A DNA stretch of 64,000 nucleotides, from positions 23,489-87,488 of the forward strand of contig CAWCBS010000007.1 of NCBI GenBank assembly GCA_963793875.1, in the 5' to 3' direction. This document shows, in pieces, positions 52,470 through 61,770 of the stretch. Under the pieces are notes generated by a model. The model worked only from the letters and a program-made list of their open reading frames with translations. It did not search any database and was not told the origin of the DNA. Within the stretch, counting starts at the first letter, position 1. Every line of letters begins with the position of its first letter. The translations under genes were made by a program, and so were the position numbers. Origin of the DNA: an uncultured Chloroflexia bacterium (GTDB lineage Bacteria > Chloroflexota > Dormibacteria > Aeolococcales > Aeolococcaceae).

Positions 52470-53377
52470 CGGCTCCCCGCATCGGCATCCTCTGCTCCCG
52501 CATCCGGGTCGAGGAGAAGCTGCTCCTGCAGGCCCTGCGCGCCCGCGGCGCGGAGCCGGAGAGGCTCGACGACGACCAGGTGGTCCTCGCCATCCGCGGC
52601 CAGGCGGGCCGCGGCGGAGGGCCCGGAGCGGCAGCGGCAGCGCCGGCCTGGGACGTGGTCTTCGACCGCAGCCTCAGCCAGACCCGGGCCCTGGCGGCGC
52701 TCCGCATCCTGGAGGCCCAGGGCGTCGTCACCGTCAACACCGCCCGTGTGGTGGCCACCTGCGGCGACAAGGTCGCGACCAGCGCGGCCCTGACCGGCCG
52801 CGGCCTGCCCTCCCCGCGCACCCTGGTCGCCTTCACCCCGGAGGCGGCGCTGCGGGCCGTCGAGGAGCTCGGCTACCCCGTCGTGATCAAGCCCGCGGTC
52901 GGCTCCTGGGGCCGGATGGTCGCGCGGCTCAACGACCGGGACGCCGCCGAGGCGGTGCTGGAGCACAAGCGCGCCCTGGGCAGCGCCGCCGACTCCGTCT
53001 TCTACGTCCAGGAGCACGTCGACAAGCCGGGCCGCGACATCCGCAGCTTCGTGATCGGCGGCGAGACCATCTGCGCCATATACCGGCGCTCGGAGCACTG
53101 GATCACCAACACGGCGCGCGGCGGCGAGGCCTCCAACTGCCCGGTGACCGGCGAGGTCGACCGGCTCTCGCGCGCGGCCGCCGAGGCGGTCGGGGGCGGG
53201 ATGGTCGCGGTGGACCTGATGGAGCGGGGCGACGGCGAGCTGCTGATCTCCGAGGTCAACCACACCATGGAGTTCCGCAACAGCATCGACACCACCGGGG
53301 TCGACATCCCCGGCCGGATGGCCGACCACGTGCTCGCGCTGGCGGCGCAGGGGACGCCCGTGGGTGCCGCATGGTGA
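52466..53377 (+). CDS. lysX: RimK-family ATP-grasp ligase (LysX-type)
   Basis: GTGA overlap with lysW. ATP-grasp blocks (...[14 protein letters not shown]..., ...[10 protein letters not shown]...). Confidence 0.8.
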   Translation: MTAPRIGILCSRIRVEEKLLLQALRARGAEPERLDDDQVVLAIRGQAGRGGGPGAAAAAPAWDVVFDRSLSQTRALAALRILEAQGVVTVNTARVVATCGDKVATSAALTGRGLPSPRTLVAFTPEAALRAVEELGYPVVIKPAVGSWGRMVARLNDRDAAEAVLEHKRALGSAADSVFYVQEHVDKPGRDIRSFVIGGETICAIYRRSEHWITNTARGGEASNCPVTGEVDRLSRAAAEAVGGGMVAVDLMERGDGELLISEVNHTMEFRNSIDTTGVDIPGRMADHVLALAAQGTPVGAAW

Positions 53378-53576
53378 GCGCCCGCCGCGGAGCGGCTCGG
53401 GTGGGGCACGCCGTCGACGTGGGCGGTTGCGCGGGCGGCGGCGCCATGCCGCCGGTCGGGGTCCCCGCCCGGCCCGCCACCGGGGGTGAGACCGCAGGCC
53501 GCCGACGCCACGGGCGTCGGACCAGCGTCCCCGCGGCGACCGCAGGCCGCGGCGGCACCATCACGGGCCGCGCCGG

Positions 53577-54647
53577 ATGACCGCGGCCTCCCCCACCACC
53601 GCGGCGCCCCCCCTCGCGGTCGCCGACCTCCTGCTCGAGATGCTCGCCATCCCGAGCCCGACGGGCAGCGAGTGGCGGCTGGCGGCGGCGCTCCGGGAGC
53701 GGCTGGCGGGCGCCGGCTTCGCCGCCGAGATCGATCCCGCCGGGAGCGTGGTGGCCAGTCGGGGCGACGGGCCCCGCGAGGTCATGCTGCTCGGCCACCT
53801 CGACACCGTGCCCGGGACCATCCCCCCCCGCCTCGAGGCCGGCCGCATCCACGGCCGCGGCGCGGTCGACGCCAAGGGCCCGCTGGCCGCGGCCGTCGTC
53901 GCCGCGGCGCGCCGGCCCCTCGACCCGCGGATGCGGGTCACGCTGATCGGCTGCGTCGACGAGGAGGGCAACTCCCGCGGAGCCCGCCAGGTCGCGACCC
54001 GCCCCGCCCCCGACGCCCTGATCGTGCTCGAGCCGAGCGGCTGGGAGGCGGTGACCGTGGGGTACCGGGGGATCGTGCGTGCCGAGCTGCACCTGGAGGA
54101 CGCCCTCCGGCACCGGGCGGCGCCAGCAGCGACGGTGGCCGACCGGCTCGTGGCTCTGCTCGCCCACCTCCAGCGCGACCTCGACGAGCGGGGCGCGGGA
54201 CGCAGCTCGTTCCACCGCGCCGACCTGCGGGTCACCGGGCTGGAGGTGATCGGCACCGGGCTGCGCGAGACGGCGCTGGCGCGGCTCCAGTTCCGGCTCC
54301 CCCCGGACCTCCCCGCGGCGGAGCTGCTCGACTGGCTGGACCGGGAGCGGGGCGAGGCCGAGCTGCTGATCCAATTCGCCGTCGACGCGGTCCACGCCCC
54401 CCGCGACAGCCGGGTGGCCCGAGCCCTGGCCCGCGCCATCCGCCATCGGGGTGGGGTGCCCCACCAGAAGATCAAGACCGGGACCGCCGACATGAACCTG
54501 CTGGTCCCCCGCTGGGGCTGTCCCGCGGTGGCGTACGGCCCCGGCAACTCGCATCTCGACCACACCCCCGAGGAGGCGGTCGACGTGGAGGAGCTGGAGC
54601 GCGCGGCGGACGTCCTGGACGCCGCCCTGGGGGAGCTCAGCCGGTGA
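53577..54647 (+). CDS. lysK: M20-family deacylase (LysK/ArgE-type)
   Basis: ...LLGHLDTVPG..., ...GRGAVDAKG... and ...DEEGNSRGA... metal-ligand blocks. Confidence 0.75.
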   Translation: MTAASPTTAAPPLAVADLLLEMLAIPSPTGSEWRLAAALRERLAGAGFAAEIDPAGSVVASRGDGPREVMLLGHLDTVPGTIPPRLEAGRIHGRGAVDAKGPLAAAVVAAARRPLDPRMRVTLIGCVDEEGNSRGARQVATRPAPDALIVLEPSGWEAVTVGYRGIVRAELHLEDALRHRAAPAATVADRLVALLAHLQRDLDERGAGRSSFHRADLRVTGLEVIGTGLRETALARLQFRLPPDLPAAELLDWLDRERGEAELLIQFAVDAVHAPRDSRVARALARAIRHRGGVPHQKIKTGTADMNLLVPRWGCPAVAYGPGNSHLDHTPEEAVDVEELERAADVLDAALGELSR

Positions 54648-55687
54648 GGGCGATCATCCAGGGCGGCTCCGGGTACGCCGGGGGCGAGCTGCTCCGGCTG
54701 CTCGCCGGACATCCCGACATCGAGGTCAGCCAGGTCTCCTCGGAGCGGCTGCGGGGACGGCCGGTGACCGCCGTCCACCCCCAGCTCCGCGACCGCACCG
54801 AGCTGCGCTTCTGCGCGCGCGCCGAGCTGGAGCCGGCCGACCTCGTCTTCTCGGCGCTCCGCCACGGCGAGACCGCGCCCGGCGTCGACGCCACCCTGGC
54901 CCTGGCCCCCGTGGTCGTCGACCTCTCCGCGGACTTCCGGCTCCACGATCCCGCCGACTACCCCCGCTGGTATGGGTGGGAGCACCCGCGCCCGGAGCTG
55001 CTGGCCACGTTCTGCGCCGGGCTGGCCGAGCTCCACCGCGCCGAGATCGCCGGCGGCGACCGCCTCTCGGTGGGCGGCTGCGTCGCCACCGCGACCATGC
55101 TGGCGCTGGCGCCCTTCGTCCGGGCCGGCCTGGTCGACCCGGCGATGCCGATCGTGGCCGATGCCCTGATCGGCTCCTCGGCGGCGGGGTCGGAGCCCAC
55201 CCCGACCTCCCACCACCCCCACCGCAGTGGCGCCATGCACAGCTTCGCCCCCACCGGGCACCGGCACACCGCCGAGGTGCTCCAGGAGCTGCGGGCCTTG
55301 GGCGCGGATGGCGAGGTGGCCCTGAGCGTCACCTCGGTGGAGGCGGTTCGGGGCATCCTGGTCACCGCCCACCTCTGGCTCCGGGATCCGCTGGAGGAGC
55401 GGGAGGTCTGGCGGGTGCTGCGGGCGGCGACGGCCGCCGAGCCCTTCCTGCGGGTGGTCAAGCAGGCCCACGGCCTGCACCGCCACCCCGATCCGCGCCT
55501 CGTCACCGGGACCAACTTCTGCGACCTAGGGTTCAGCCGCGACCCGCACTCGCGCCGCCTGGTGGTGACCGCGGCCATCGACAACCTGGTCAAGGGCGCC
55601 GCCGGCCAGGCGGTCCAGGCCGCCAACATCCGGTTCGGCTTCCCCGAGACCGCGGGGCTGGAGCAGGCCGGCCTCTACCCGCTGTGA
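54644..55687 (+). CDS. lysY: N-acetyl-gamma-glutamyl-phosphate reductase-type enzyme (LysY/ArgC)
   Basis: GTGA overlap. GGSGYAGGELLRLL and the active-site GGCVATA context. Confidence 0.8.
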   Translation: MRAIIQGGSGYAGGELLRLLAGHPDIEVSQVSSERLRGRPVTAVHPQLRDRTELRFCARAELEPADLVFSALRHGETAPGVDATLALAPVVVDLSADFRLHDPADYPRWYGWEHPRPELLATFCAGLAELHRAEIAGGDRLSVGGCVATATMLALAPFVRAGLVDPAMPIVADALIGSSAAGSEPTPTSHHPHRSGAMHSFAPTGHRHTAEVLQELRALGADGEVALSVTSVEAVRGILVTAHLWLRDPLEEREVWRVLRAATAAEPFLRVVKQAHGLHRHPDPRLVTGTNFCDLGFSRDPHSRRLVVTAAIDNLVKGAAGQAVQAANIRFGFPETAGLEQAGLYPL

Positions 55688-56532
55688 CCACCGTCGTCAA
55701 GGTCGGCGGGAGCCTCGAGGTCGACGAGGCGGGTCCGCTGATCGCCGAGCTGGCCGGCTTCGACTCGCCCCTGGTGATCGTCCACGGCGCCCACCTCCAG
55801 CTCGACCGGCTGGCCACCGCACTCGGCCATCCAGCCCGGATGGTGACCTCGGCGCGCGGCGAGGTGACCCGCTACACCGATCGCCGGACCATGGACCACT
55901 TCCTGATGGCGTACTGCGGGCTGGTCAACAAGCGGTGGGTGGAGGCGCTGCGCCGCGAGGGCGCCGACGCGGTCGGGCTCTCGGCGATGGACGGCGGCAT
56001 CGCGACCGGCCGGCGCCGGCCCGATCTGCGCATCCTCGAGGCCGGCCGCCCCCGGATGCTCCACGGCAACCACGCGGGCGGCATCGAGCGCCTCGACCCC
56101 TCGCTGCTCCGGCTCCTCCTCGACAGCGGACGGCTCCCGGTGCTGAGCCCCCCGGCCATCTCCGACCAGGGCGAGGCGATCAACGTCGACGGTGATCGCC
56201 TGGCGGCGGAGGTGGCCATCGCGGTGGGCGCGGAGCGACTCGTGATCTTGATGAACGTGCCGGGGCTGCTCCGCGACCCCGCCGACCCCTCGACCCTGAT
56301 CCCGCGCCTCGGCCCCGAGCAGATCGAGACCCACCTCCCGCTGGCCCGGGGTCGGGCCAGGGTCAAGCTGCTGGCCGCCCGGCGGGCGCTGGAGGGCGGG
56401 GTGGTCGCGGTCGTCCTGGGCGACGGCCGGGGCGAGATGCCGCTCCGTCGCGTGCTGGAGGGGGCCGGGACCTGGATCAGGGACCGGGAAGGCAGGCCAC
56501 TGGCGTCGCGGGACCGGGACGCGGAAAAATAG
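55684..56532 (+). CDS. lysZ: amino-acid kinase family enzyme (LysZ/ArgB-type)
   Basis: GTGA overlap. VVKVGGS and ...NVDGDRLAAEVA... blocks. Confidence 0.8.
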   Translation: MTTVVKVGGSLEVDEAGPLIAELAGFDSPLVIVHGAHLQLDRLATALGHPARMVTSARGEVTRYTDRRTMDHFLMAYCGLVNKRWVEALRREGADAVGLSAMDGGIATGRRRPDLRILEAGRPRMLHGNHAGGIERLDPSLLRLLLDSGRLPVLSPPAISDQGEAINVDGDRLAAEVAIAVGAERLVILMNVPGLLRDPADPSTLIPRLGPEQIETHLPLARGRARVKLLAARRALEGGVVAVVLGDGRGEMPLRRVLEGAGTWIRDREGRPLASRDRDAEK

Positions 56533-56630
56533 AGGCCTGTGAGCCCACACCCGATCACCCTCGGGGCGGTCGCCCATGACCAGGTCCGCCCCCCCTGCCC
56601 GCCCTGTTCCGGCCGCCCGGGAGGCCCGGC

Positions 56631-58613
56631 ATGACCGGCGACCGCGTCAGCCAGGCCCTCCAGCTGGTGGTCGCAGCGGCGTTCCTCCTGATCGGACTGC
56701 TCGCCCTGCGGGATTGGTGGCGGGGCGGCGAGCGCCGCCGCGGCTACCTGGCGCTGGCCCTGGGCTCGCTGGGGCTGGTGGCCCTCGCCGGCGGGCTGGA
56801 ATCCCTGGTCGGCAACCAGCCCCGCCTCGACGGGCTGCTGCTCGTGCTCTTCATGCTCTCTGCGGCGGGCCTGCTCCTGTACCGGGACTCGGTGCTGCGG
56901 CTGCCCGCCGGGGTGAGCATCCTGGCCGCCATCCTGCTGGTGGGCCCCACCGCCTTCATCCTGGTGGTCGGCATCCCGGCCTCCGCCAACCCGGCCGCCA
57001 CCACGCCGATCCGGAGCGCGGCCCTCGACCTCCTGCTGGTCGTCTGGTGCCTGGCGGTGGCGGAGCCGGCGTACCGGCTCTTCCGCTTCTCGAGCCGCCT
57101 CCCCTTGATCCAGCGGGCCCGGATGCGCTCCCTCGCCGCCGGGTACGCCGGGATCATGATGGTGGTCGTCCTCCTCCTGGTCGCCTACATCGCCGGGGTC
57201 GACAACCGGGTCGGCGTCGCCCTCCAGGCCTGCGCCCTGCTCTGCGTCCCCCCCCTCTACGTCGGCTTCGCCCCGCCGCGATGGCTGCGCAAGCGCTGGC
57301 GCCGGCCGGTGGAGGACCGGCTCCGCCGCGCCACCCACGACCTCCTGCTGTTCAGCCCGGACCGGACCACCCTGGCCAGTCGCGGCCTGGAGTGGGCCAT
57401 CCGGCTGGTGGGGGGAGCCTCCGGCCTGATCGCGGACGCGGGCGGTGACCTGCTGGCCATCGAGGGGCTCTCCGAGACCGAGGCTCGGGAGATCCTCGAG
57501 CTGCCGGAGCTGCGCCTTCCCGGGCACCTGATCCGGATCGGGAGGGGTGGGCGGACCGCGGTCGTGCACCGGCTGGCGGTGAGCTCGGGCACCGGATACC
57601 TGGTGGTGCTCGCCGGCTCGCTCTCGCCCTCCATCGAGGCCGAGGAGGCCGACTGGCTGAGCGGGTACGCCGCCGCCCTCTCGATCGCCCTGGACCGAGT
57701 GCGGGTCTCGGAGCTGCTGGCCCAGACCGCCGACGAGCTGCGCGCCGCCCGGGACATGGCGGAGGCGGCGAGCCGCGCCAAGAGCGAGTTCCTCTCCCGG
57801 GTGAGCCACGAGCTGCGCACCCCGCTCACCTCGATGATCGGCTTCGCCGAGCTGCTCCTCGGTCACCAGCTGAACGCCGAGCAGGAGCGCCACGTCCGCA
57901 CCATCCTGAGGGCGGGCGACCACCTCCTCGGCCTGGTCAACGAGATGCTGGACATCTCGCGGATCGAGGACGGCCGGGTCGCGCTCACCTCGGAGCCGGT
58001 GAGCGTCCAGCAGGTGGTGGCGGAGGTCGTCGACCTCACCCGGCCCATGGCCGGCGAGCTCAACACCAGGGTACGCGTGCCCAGGATCCCGGGATCGCTC
58101 TGGGTCACCGCCGACCGTCAGCGGCTCACCCAGGTCCTGCTCAACCTGGTCACCAACGCTATCAAGTACAACCGCCGGGACGGCCGGGTGGAGATCCGGG
58201 CCACCACCTCGGACGGGCGGTGCCGGGTCTGGGTGCGGGACGGCGGGATGGGACTGCGCCCCGAGGAGGTGGAGCGTCTGTTCACGCCGTTCGAGCGGCT
58301 CTCGGCCGCCGCCTCCGCCGTCGAGGGCACGGGGTTGGGGCTCGCCCTCTCCAAGTCGCTGACCGAGGCGATGGGCGGCAGCATCGGGGTGGAGAGCGTG
58401 CTCGGCAAGGGGAGCACCTTCTGGGTGGAGCTGCCCCGGGCGGCACCGGCCGAGCTGGCGGTCGGCGGGGACGTGGGTCCCGGGATCTCGCTGGCGGGGA
58501 GCGCCGCCGGCGCGAGTGGCGGCATCGACCCTGCCGGCGCGGGTCGCGCCGTGGCTGATGACGCGGCTCCGGAGGGGGCGATGGCCGGGGAGGGGGCCGC
58601 CTCCACGACCTGA
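56631..58613 (+). CDS. membrane-bound sensor histidine kinase (orphan)
   Basis: Several N-terminal TM helices, HisKA (FLSRVSHELRTPL) and HATPase_c (GTGLGLALSKSLTEAMGGSIGVES). Confidence 0.85.
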   Translation: MTGDRVSQALQLVVAAAFLLIGLLALRDWWRGGERRRGYLALALGSLGLVALAGGLESLVGNQPRLDGLLLVLFMLSAAGLLLYRDSVLRLPAGVSILAAILLVGPTAFILVVGIPASANPAATTPIRSAALDLLLVVWCLAVAEPAYRLFRFSSRLPLIQRARMRSLAAGYAGIMMVVVLLLVAYIAGVDNRVGVALQACALLCVPPLYVGFAPPRWLRKRWRRPVEDRLRRATHDLLLFSPDRTTLASRGLEWAIRLVGGASGLIADAGGDLLAIEGLSETEAREILELPELRLPGHLIRIGRGGRTAVVHRLAVSSGTGYLVVLAGSLSPSIEAEEADWLSGYAAALSIALDRVRVSELLAQTADELRAARDMAEAASRAKSEFLSRVSHELRTPLTSMIGFAELLLGHQLNAEQERHVRTILRAGDHLLGLVNEMLDISRIEDGRVALTSEPVSVQQVVAEVVDLTRPMAGELNTRVRVPRIPGSLWVTADRQRLTQVLLNLVTNAIKYNRRDGRVEIRATTSDGRCRVWVRDGGMGLRPEEVERLFTPFERLSAAASAVEGTGLGLALSKSLTEAMGGSIGVESVLGKGSTFWVELPRAAPAELAVGGDVGPGISLAGSAAGASGGIDPAGAGRAVADDAAPEGAMAGEGAASTT

Positions 58614-58632
58614 CGGCCGGCGGAGCGCGGGC

Positions 58633-60147
58633 TCAGGTCGCCCCCGGCAGGGTCCCCGTCTGGGCCATGGTCGCGACCGTCAGCACCAGCACCACGAACA
58701 CGCCGAGCACCAGGGTGCCGGCCGCGCTCACCAGCAGCACCGCGCTCCCGGCCCGCCCGGTGCGGGGCCATGCGTATGCGGGCTGGTCCTCGGCCGGTCG
58801 CTGGAACATGATCAGGGTCACCCGCAGGTAGTAGAAGACCGAGACCGCGCTGGTGGCAATCCCCCAGAGCGCGAGCGCCACGTTGTGGCCCTGGATGGCC
58901 GCGGCGAAGACGAGGAACTTGCCGATGAATCCGGCGGTGGGCGGGAACCCCGCCAGCGAGAGCAGGAAGAAGCCCATCGCCGCCGCCACGTAGGGCCTCC
59001 GGTACCAGAGCCCGCGCAGGTTGTCGTAGCGGTCCAGGTCCTCGCCCCGGCCGCTCATCACCGTGACCACGGCGAAGGCACCGAGGTTGGTGAGCGCGTA
59101 GGCGGCGAGGTAGTAGAGGGCACCCTGGACCCCGAGCGGGGTGCCCGCCCCCACCGCGACCCCGATCAGGATGTAGCCGGCCTGGGCGATCCCCGAGTAG
59201 GCGAGCATCCGCTTGACGCTCGTCTGGGTGAGCGCGGCCAGGTTGCCGATCACCATCGAGAGGATGGCGACGGCGATCACCACCGCGCTCCAGTGGCTGA
59301 CGTAGGAGGCGAAGGTGTCGTCGAAGAGCCGGACCATGACCACGAAGGCGGCCACCTTGGTGGCCACGCTCATGAAGGTGGTCACCGAGGTCGGCGCGCC
59401 CTGGTAGACGTCGGGGGTCCAGGCGTGGAAGGGCGCGGCGCTGACCTTGAAGGCGAGCCCGACGAACACCAGGATGATCCCGCCCACCAGGAGCGGGTCC
59501 ACGGGCACGGAGCGGGTCATGGCGGTGGCGATCTGGGCGAGCTGGGTGTGCCCGGTCTCGCCGTACACCAGCGCCATCCCGAAGAGCAGGAAGGCGGAGG
59601 CAAAGGAGCCGAGCAGCAGGTACTTGACCGCGGCCTCCTGGGAGCGCTCCTCCTGGCGGGAGAAACCGCTCAGGATGTAGAGCGAGATGGAGAGCAGCTC
59701 GACGGCGAGGAAGATGACCATCAGGCTGGTGGCGCCGGCCAGCAGCATCATCCCCGCAGTCGCCGCCATCACCAGCGCGTAGTACTCGCCGTTGTGGAGG
59801 CGGCGCCGGGTGAGGTACCCGGGGCTGATCACGACGGTGAGCAGCGAGGTGACCAGGATCACGCAGTTGGCGAACACCGCCAGCCGGTCGTAGGCGAAGG
59901 CGCCGAAGAAGACGGTGCGGCCGGACGGTCCGGCGTCATACCAGCCCCAGACGCTCACCGCCAGGGCGGCGACCAGCACCGCGCCGCTGAAGACGGCGAG
60001 CCAGGTGCGGCGGGCCGGAGGCACCACCAGGTCGAGCAGCATCAGGGCGACGAAGCCGCCCGCGACGATGATCTCGGGGAGCAGGCCTAGCAGGTCGTGC
60101 CATCCCGGCGTGGCGGTGGCGAGCGGCAGCGCCGCCAGCGCGTTCAC
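58633..60147 (-). CDS. nuoN: NADH-quinone oxidoreductase subunit N
   Basis: Polytopic antiporter-like subunit. Its position after nuoM (4-nt overlap) fits the operon order. Confidence 0.85.
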   Translation of the reverse strand: MNALAALPLATATPGWHDLLGLLPEIIVAGGFVALMLLDLVVPPARRTWLAVFSGAVLVAALAVSVWGWYDAGPSGRTVFFGAFAYDRLAVFANCVILVTSLLTVVISPGYLTRRRLHNGEYYALVMAATAGMMLLAGATSLMVIFLAVELLSISLYILSGFSRQEERSQEAAVKYLLLGSFASAFLLFGMALVYGETGHTQLAQIATAMTRSVPVDPLLVGGIILVFVGLAFKVSAAPFHAWTPDVYQGAPTSVTTFMSVATKVAAFVVMVRLFDDTFASYVSHWSAVVIAVAILSMVIGNLAALTQTSVKRMLAYSGIAQAGYILIGVAVGAGTPLGVQGALYYLAAYALTNLGAFAVVTVMSGRGEDLDRYDNLRGLWYRRPYVAAAMGFFLLSLAGFPPTAGFIGKFLVFAAAIQGHNVALALWGIATSAVSVFYYLRVTLIMFQRPAEDQPAYAWPRTGRAGSAVLLVSAAGTLVLGVFVVLVLTVATMAQTGTLPGAT

Positions 60148-61742
60148 GGCGTGGCCCCCGGCGAGGGGCCGATCGCCGCCACCGGTGGCATGGTGGTGAC
60201 CCCGCTGGCGTCGGCCAGGCTCACGTAGCCCGGCACCGCCTGCGCGGTGACCGCGCCGACCGGGTGCGGGAAGACCCCGAGGAAGACGATCAGCGCGGCG
60301 AGCGGCGCCAGCACCAGGCCGTCGCGCAGGCGCAGGTCGCTCACCCTCTCGGTGCCCGGCCTGACCGGCCCGTGCATGATCCCCTGGTGCATGCGGAGCA
60401 TGTACCAGCTGGCGAGCAGCACGCCCATCCCGGCGAGCACCGCCAGCAGCCAGAAGTACTGGAAGGCCCCCAGCATGATGGTGATCTCACCGACGAAGCC
60501 GTTGGTCCCGGGCAGCCCGAGGCTGCCCAGGGTGATCACCATGAAGAGGAAGTAGAGCCAGGGCATCCGCTTCTCGAGCCCGCCCAGCTCGCGGATGTCG
60601 CGGGTCCCGGTGCGAGCCTCCACCACCCCGACCACCAGGAAGAGCCCGGCGATGATGATGCCGTGGTTGACGATCTGGATCACCGCCCCGTTGATCCCGT
60701 TCTGATCGAGGCTGAAGATGCCGAGCGCGATGAAGCTGAGGTGGGAGAGGCTGGCGTAGGCGACGATCCGCTTGAGGTCGGTCTGGCTCAGGGCCATCAG
60801 CGCCCCGTAGAGGATGCCGAGGACGGCCAGTGCCACCAGCAGCGGCTGGAGCTGGTGGGCCTGAGGTCCGAAGAGGGTGATCGCGTAGCGGATGAAGCCG
60901 TACGCCCCCATCTTGCTGACCACCCCGGCGAAGAACACCAGGGCCGGGGTCGGCGCCGACTCGTAGAGGTCGGGCAGCCAGGTGTGGAAGGGAACGAGCG
61001 GCAGCTTGATCGCGAAGGCGAGCGCGAAGGCGAGGAAAGCGAACATCGCCGGGGTGAGGGTCGGCACCGTGGTGAAGGGCAGTGGCACCCCGCTCTGGGC
61101 CGGCGTGGGGGTGGCGAGCAGCACCTCCAGGTCGAAGCTGTTGTGCCCCGCGGCGAGGGCCTGGAAGTGCAGGTAGATGATGGCGAGCAGCATCAGCAGG
61201 CTGCCGGCCACGGTATAGATGACGAACTTGAGCGTGGCTCGGCCCCGGTTCTCGTTGCCGTAGAAGGCGAGCAGGAAGTAGAGGGGGATCAGCATCCCCT
61301 CCCAGAAGAGGTAGAAGAGGAGCACGTCGAGGCTGACCAGGACCCCGGTGGTGGCCGCCTCGGCGAGCAGCAGCAGGCCGCAGAAGAGCTTCATCCGCTC
61401 GGTGGAGCGGCGCGGCACCACCACCGCGCCGAGCAGGAAGACACCGGCGTTGAGGGCGAGGATCCAGGCCGAGACGCCGTCCACGCCGAGGTGGTACGAG
61501 GCGCCGACGGCGGGTATCCAGCCGGCCTGCTCGACGAGGTGCATCGGCAGCGGCCCGCCGCCGTCGGCAGCGCCAGTCGCCACCGCGGAGACGATCATCC
61601 CGACTAGCACCGCCTCCACCGTCGCGAAGGCGACGGTGACGGCCTTGATCGCGCCGGCGGCCCGACCCGGGATGACCTGGAGCACCATGGCCCCGGCGAC
61701 CGGGAGCACGACCGCGGCGGTGAGCCAGGGGAACCCGCTCAT
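60144..61742 (-). CDS. nuoM: NADH-quinone oxidoreductase subunit M
   Basis: Antiporter-like subunit with typical blocks (...FWEGMLIPLYFL..., ...HTWLPD...). Confidence 0.85.
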   Translation of the reverse strand: MSGFPWLTAAVVLPVAGAMVLQVIPGRAAGAIKAVTVAFATVEAVLVGMIVSAVATGAADGGGPLPMHLVEQAGWIPAVGASYHLGVDGVSAWILALNAGVFLLGAVVVPRRSTERMKLFCGLLLLAEAATTGVLVSLDVLLFYLFWEGMLIPLYFLLAFYGNENRGRATLKFVIYTVAGSLLMLLAIIYLHFQALAAGHNSFDLEVLLATPTPAQSGVPLPFTTVPTLTPAMFAFLAFALAFAIKLPLVPFHTWLPDLYESAPTPALVFFAGVVSKMGAYGFIRYAITLFGPQAHQLQPLLVALAVLGILYGALMALSQTDLKRIVAYASLSHLSFIALGIFSLDQNGINGAVIQIVNHGIIIAGLFLVVGVVEARTGTRDIRELGGLEKRMPWLYFLFMVITLGSLGLPGTNGFVGEITIMLGAFQYFWLLAVLAGMGVLLASWYMLRMHQGIMHGPVRPGTERVSDLRLRDGLVLAPLAALIVFLGVFPHPVGAVTAQAVPGYVSLADASGVTTMPPVAAIGPSPGATP

Positions 61743-61770
61743 GCCGGCTGCCTCACGACGGTCGTGGGGG

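Noticed and set aside
53374-53580. A 68-codon ORF ([23 protein letters not shown]...) that exactly bridges lysX (GTGA overlap) and lysK (ATGA overlap).
   Set aside because: The composition is Gly/Arg/Ala low-complexity. It lies in a frame that stays open for about 1.2 kb (ORF 52390-53580) purely because of GC bias. The coupling-like overlaps are probably coincidental. It is worth rechecking only if the ORF is conserved in relatives.
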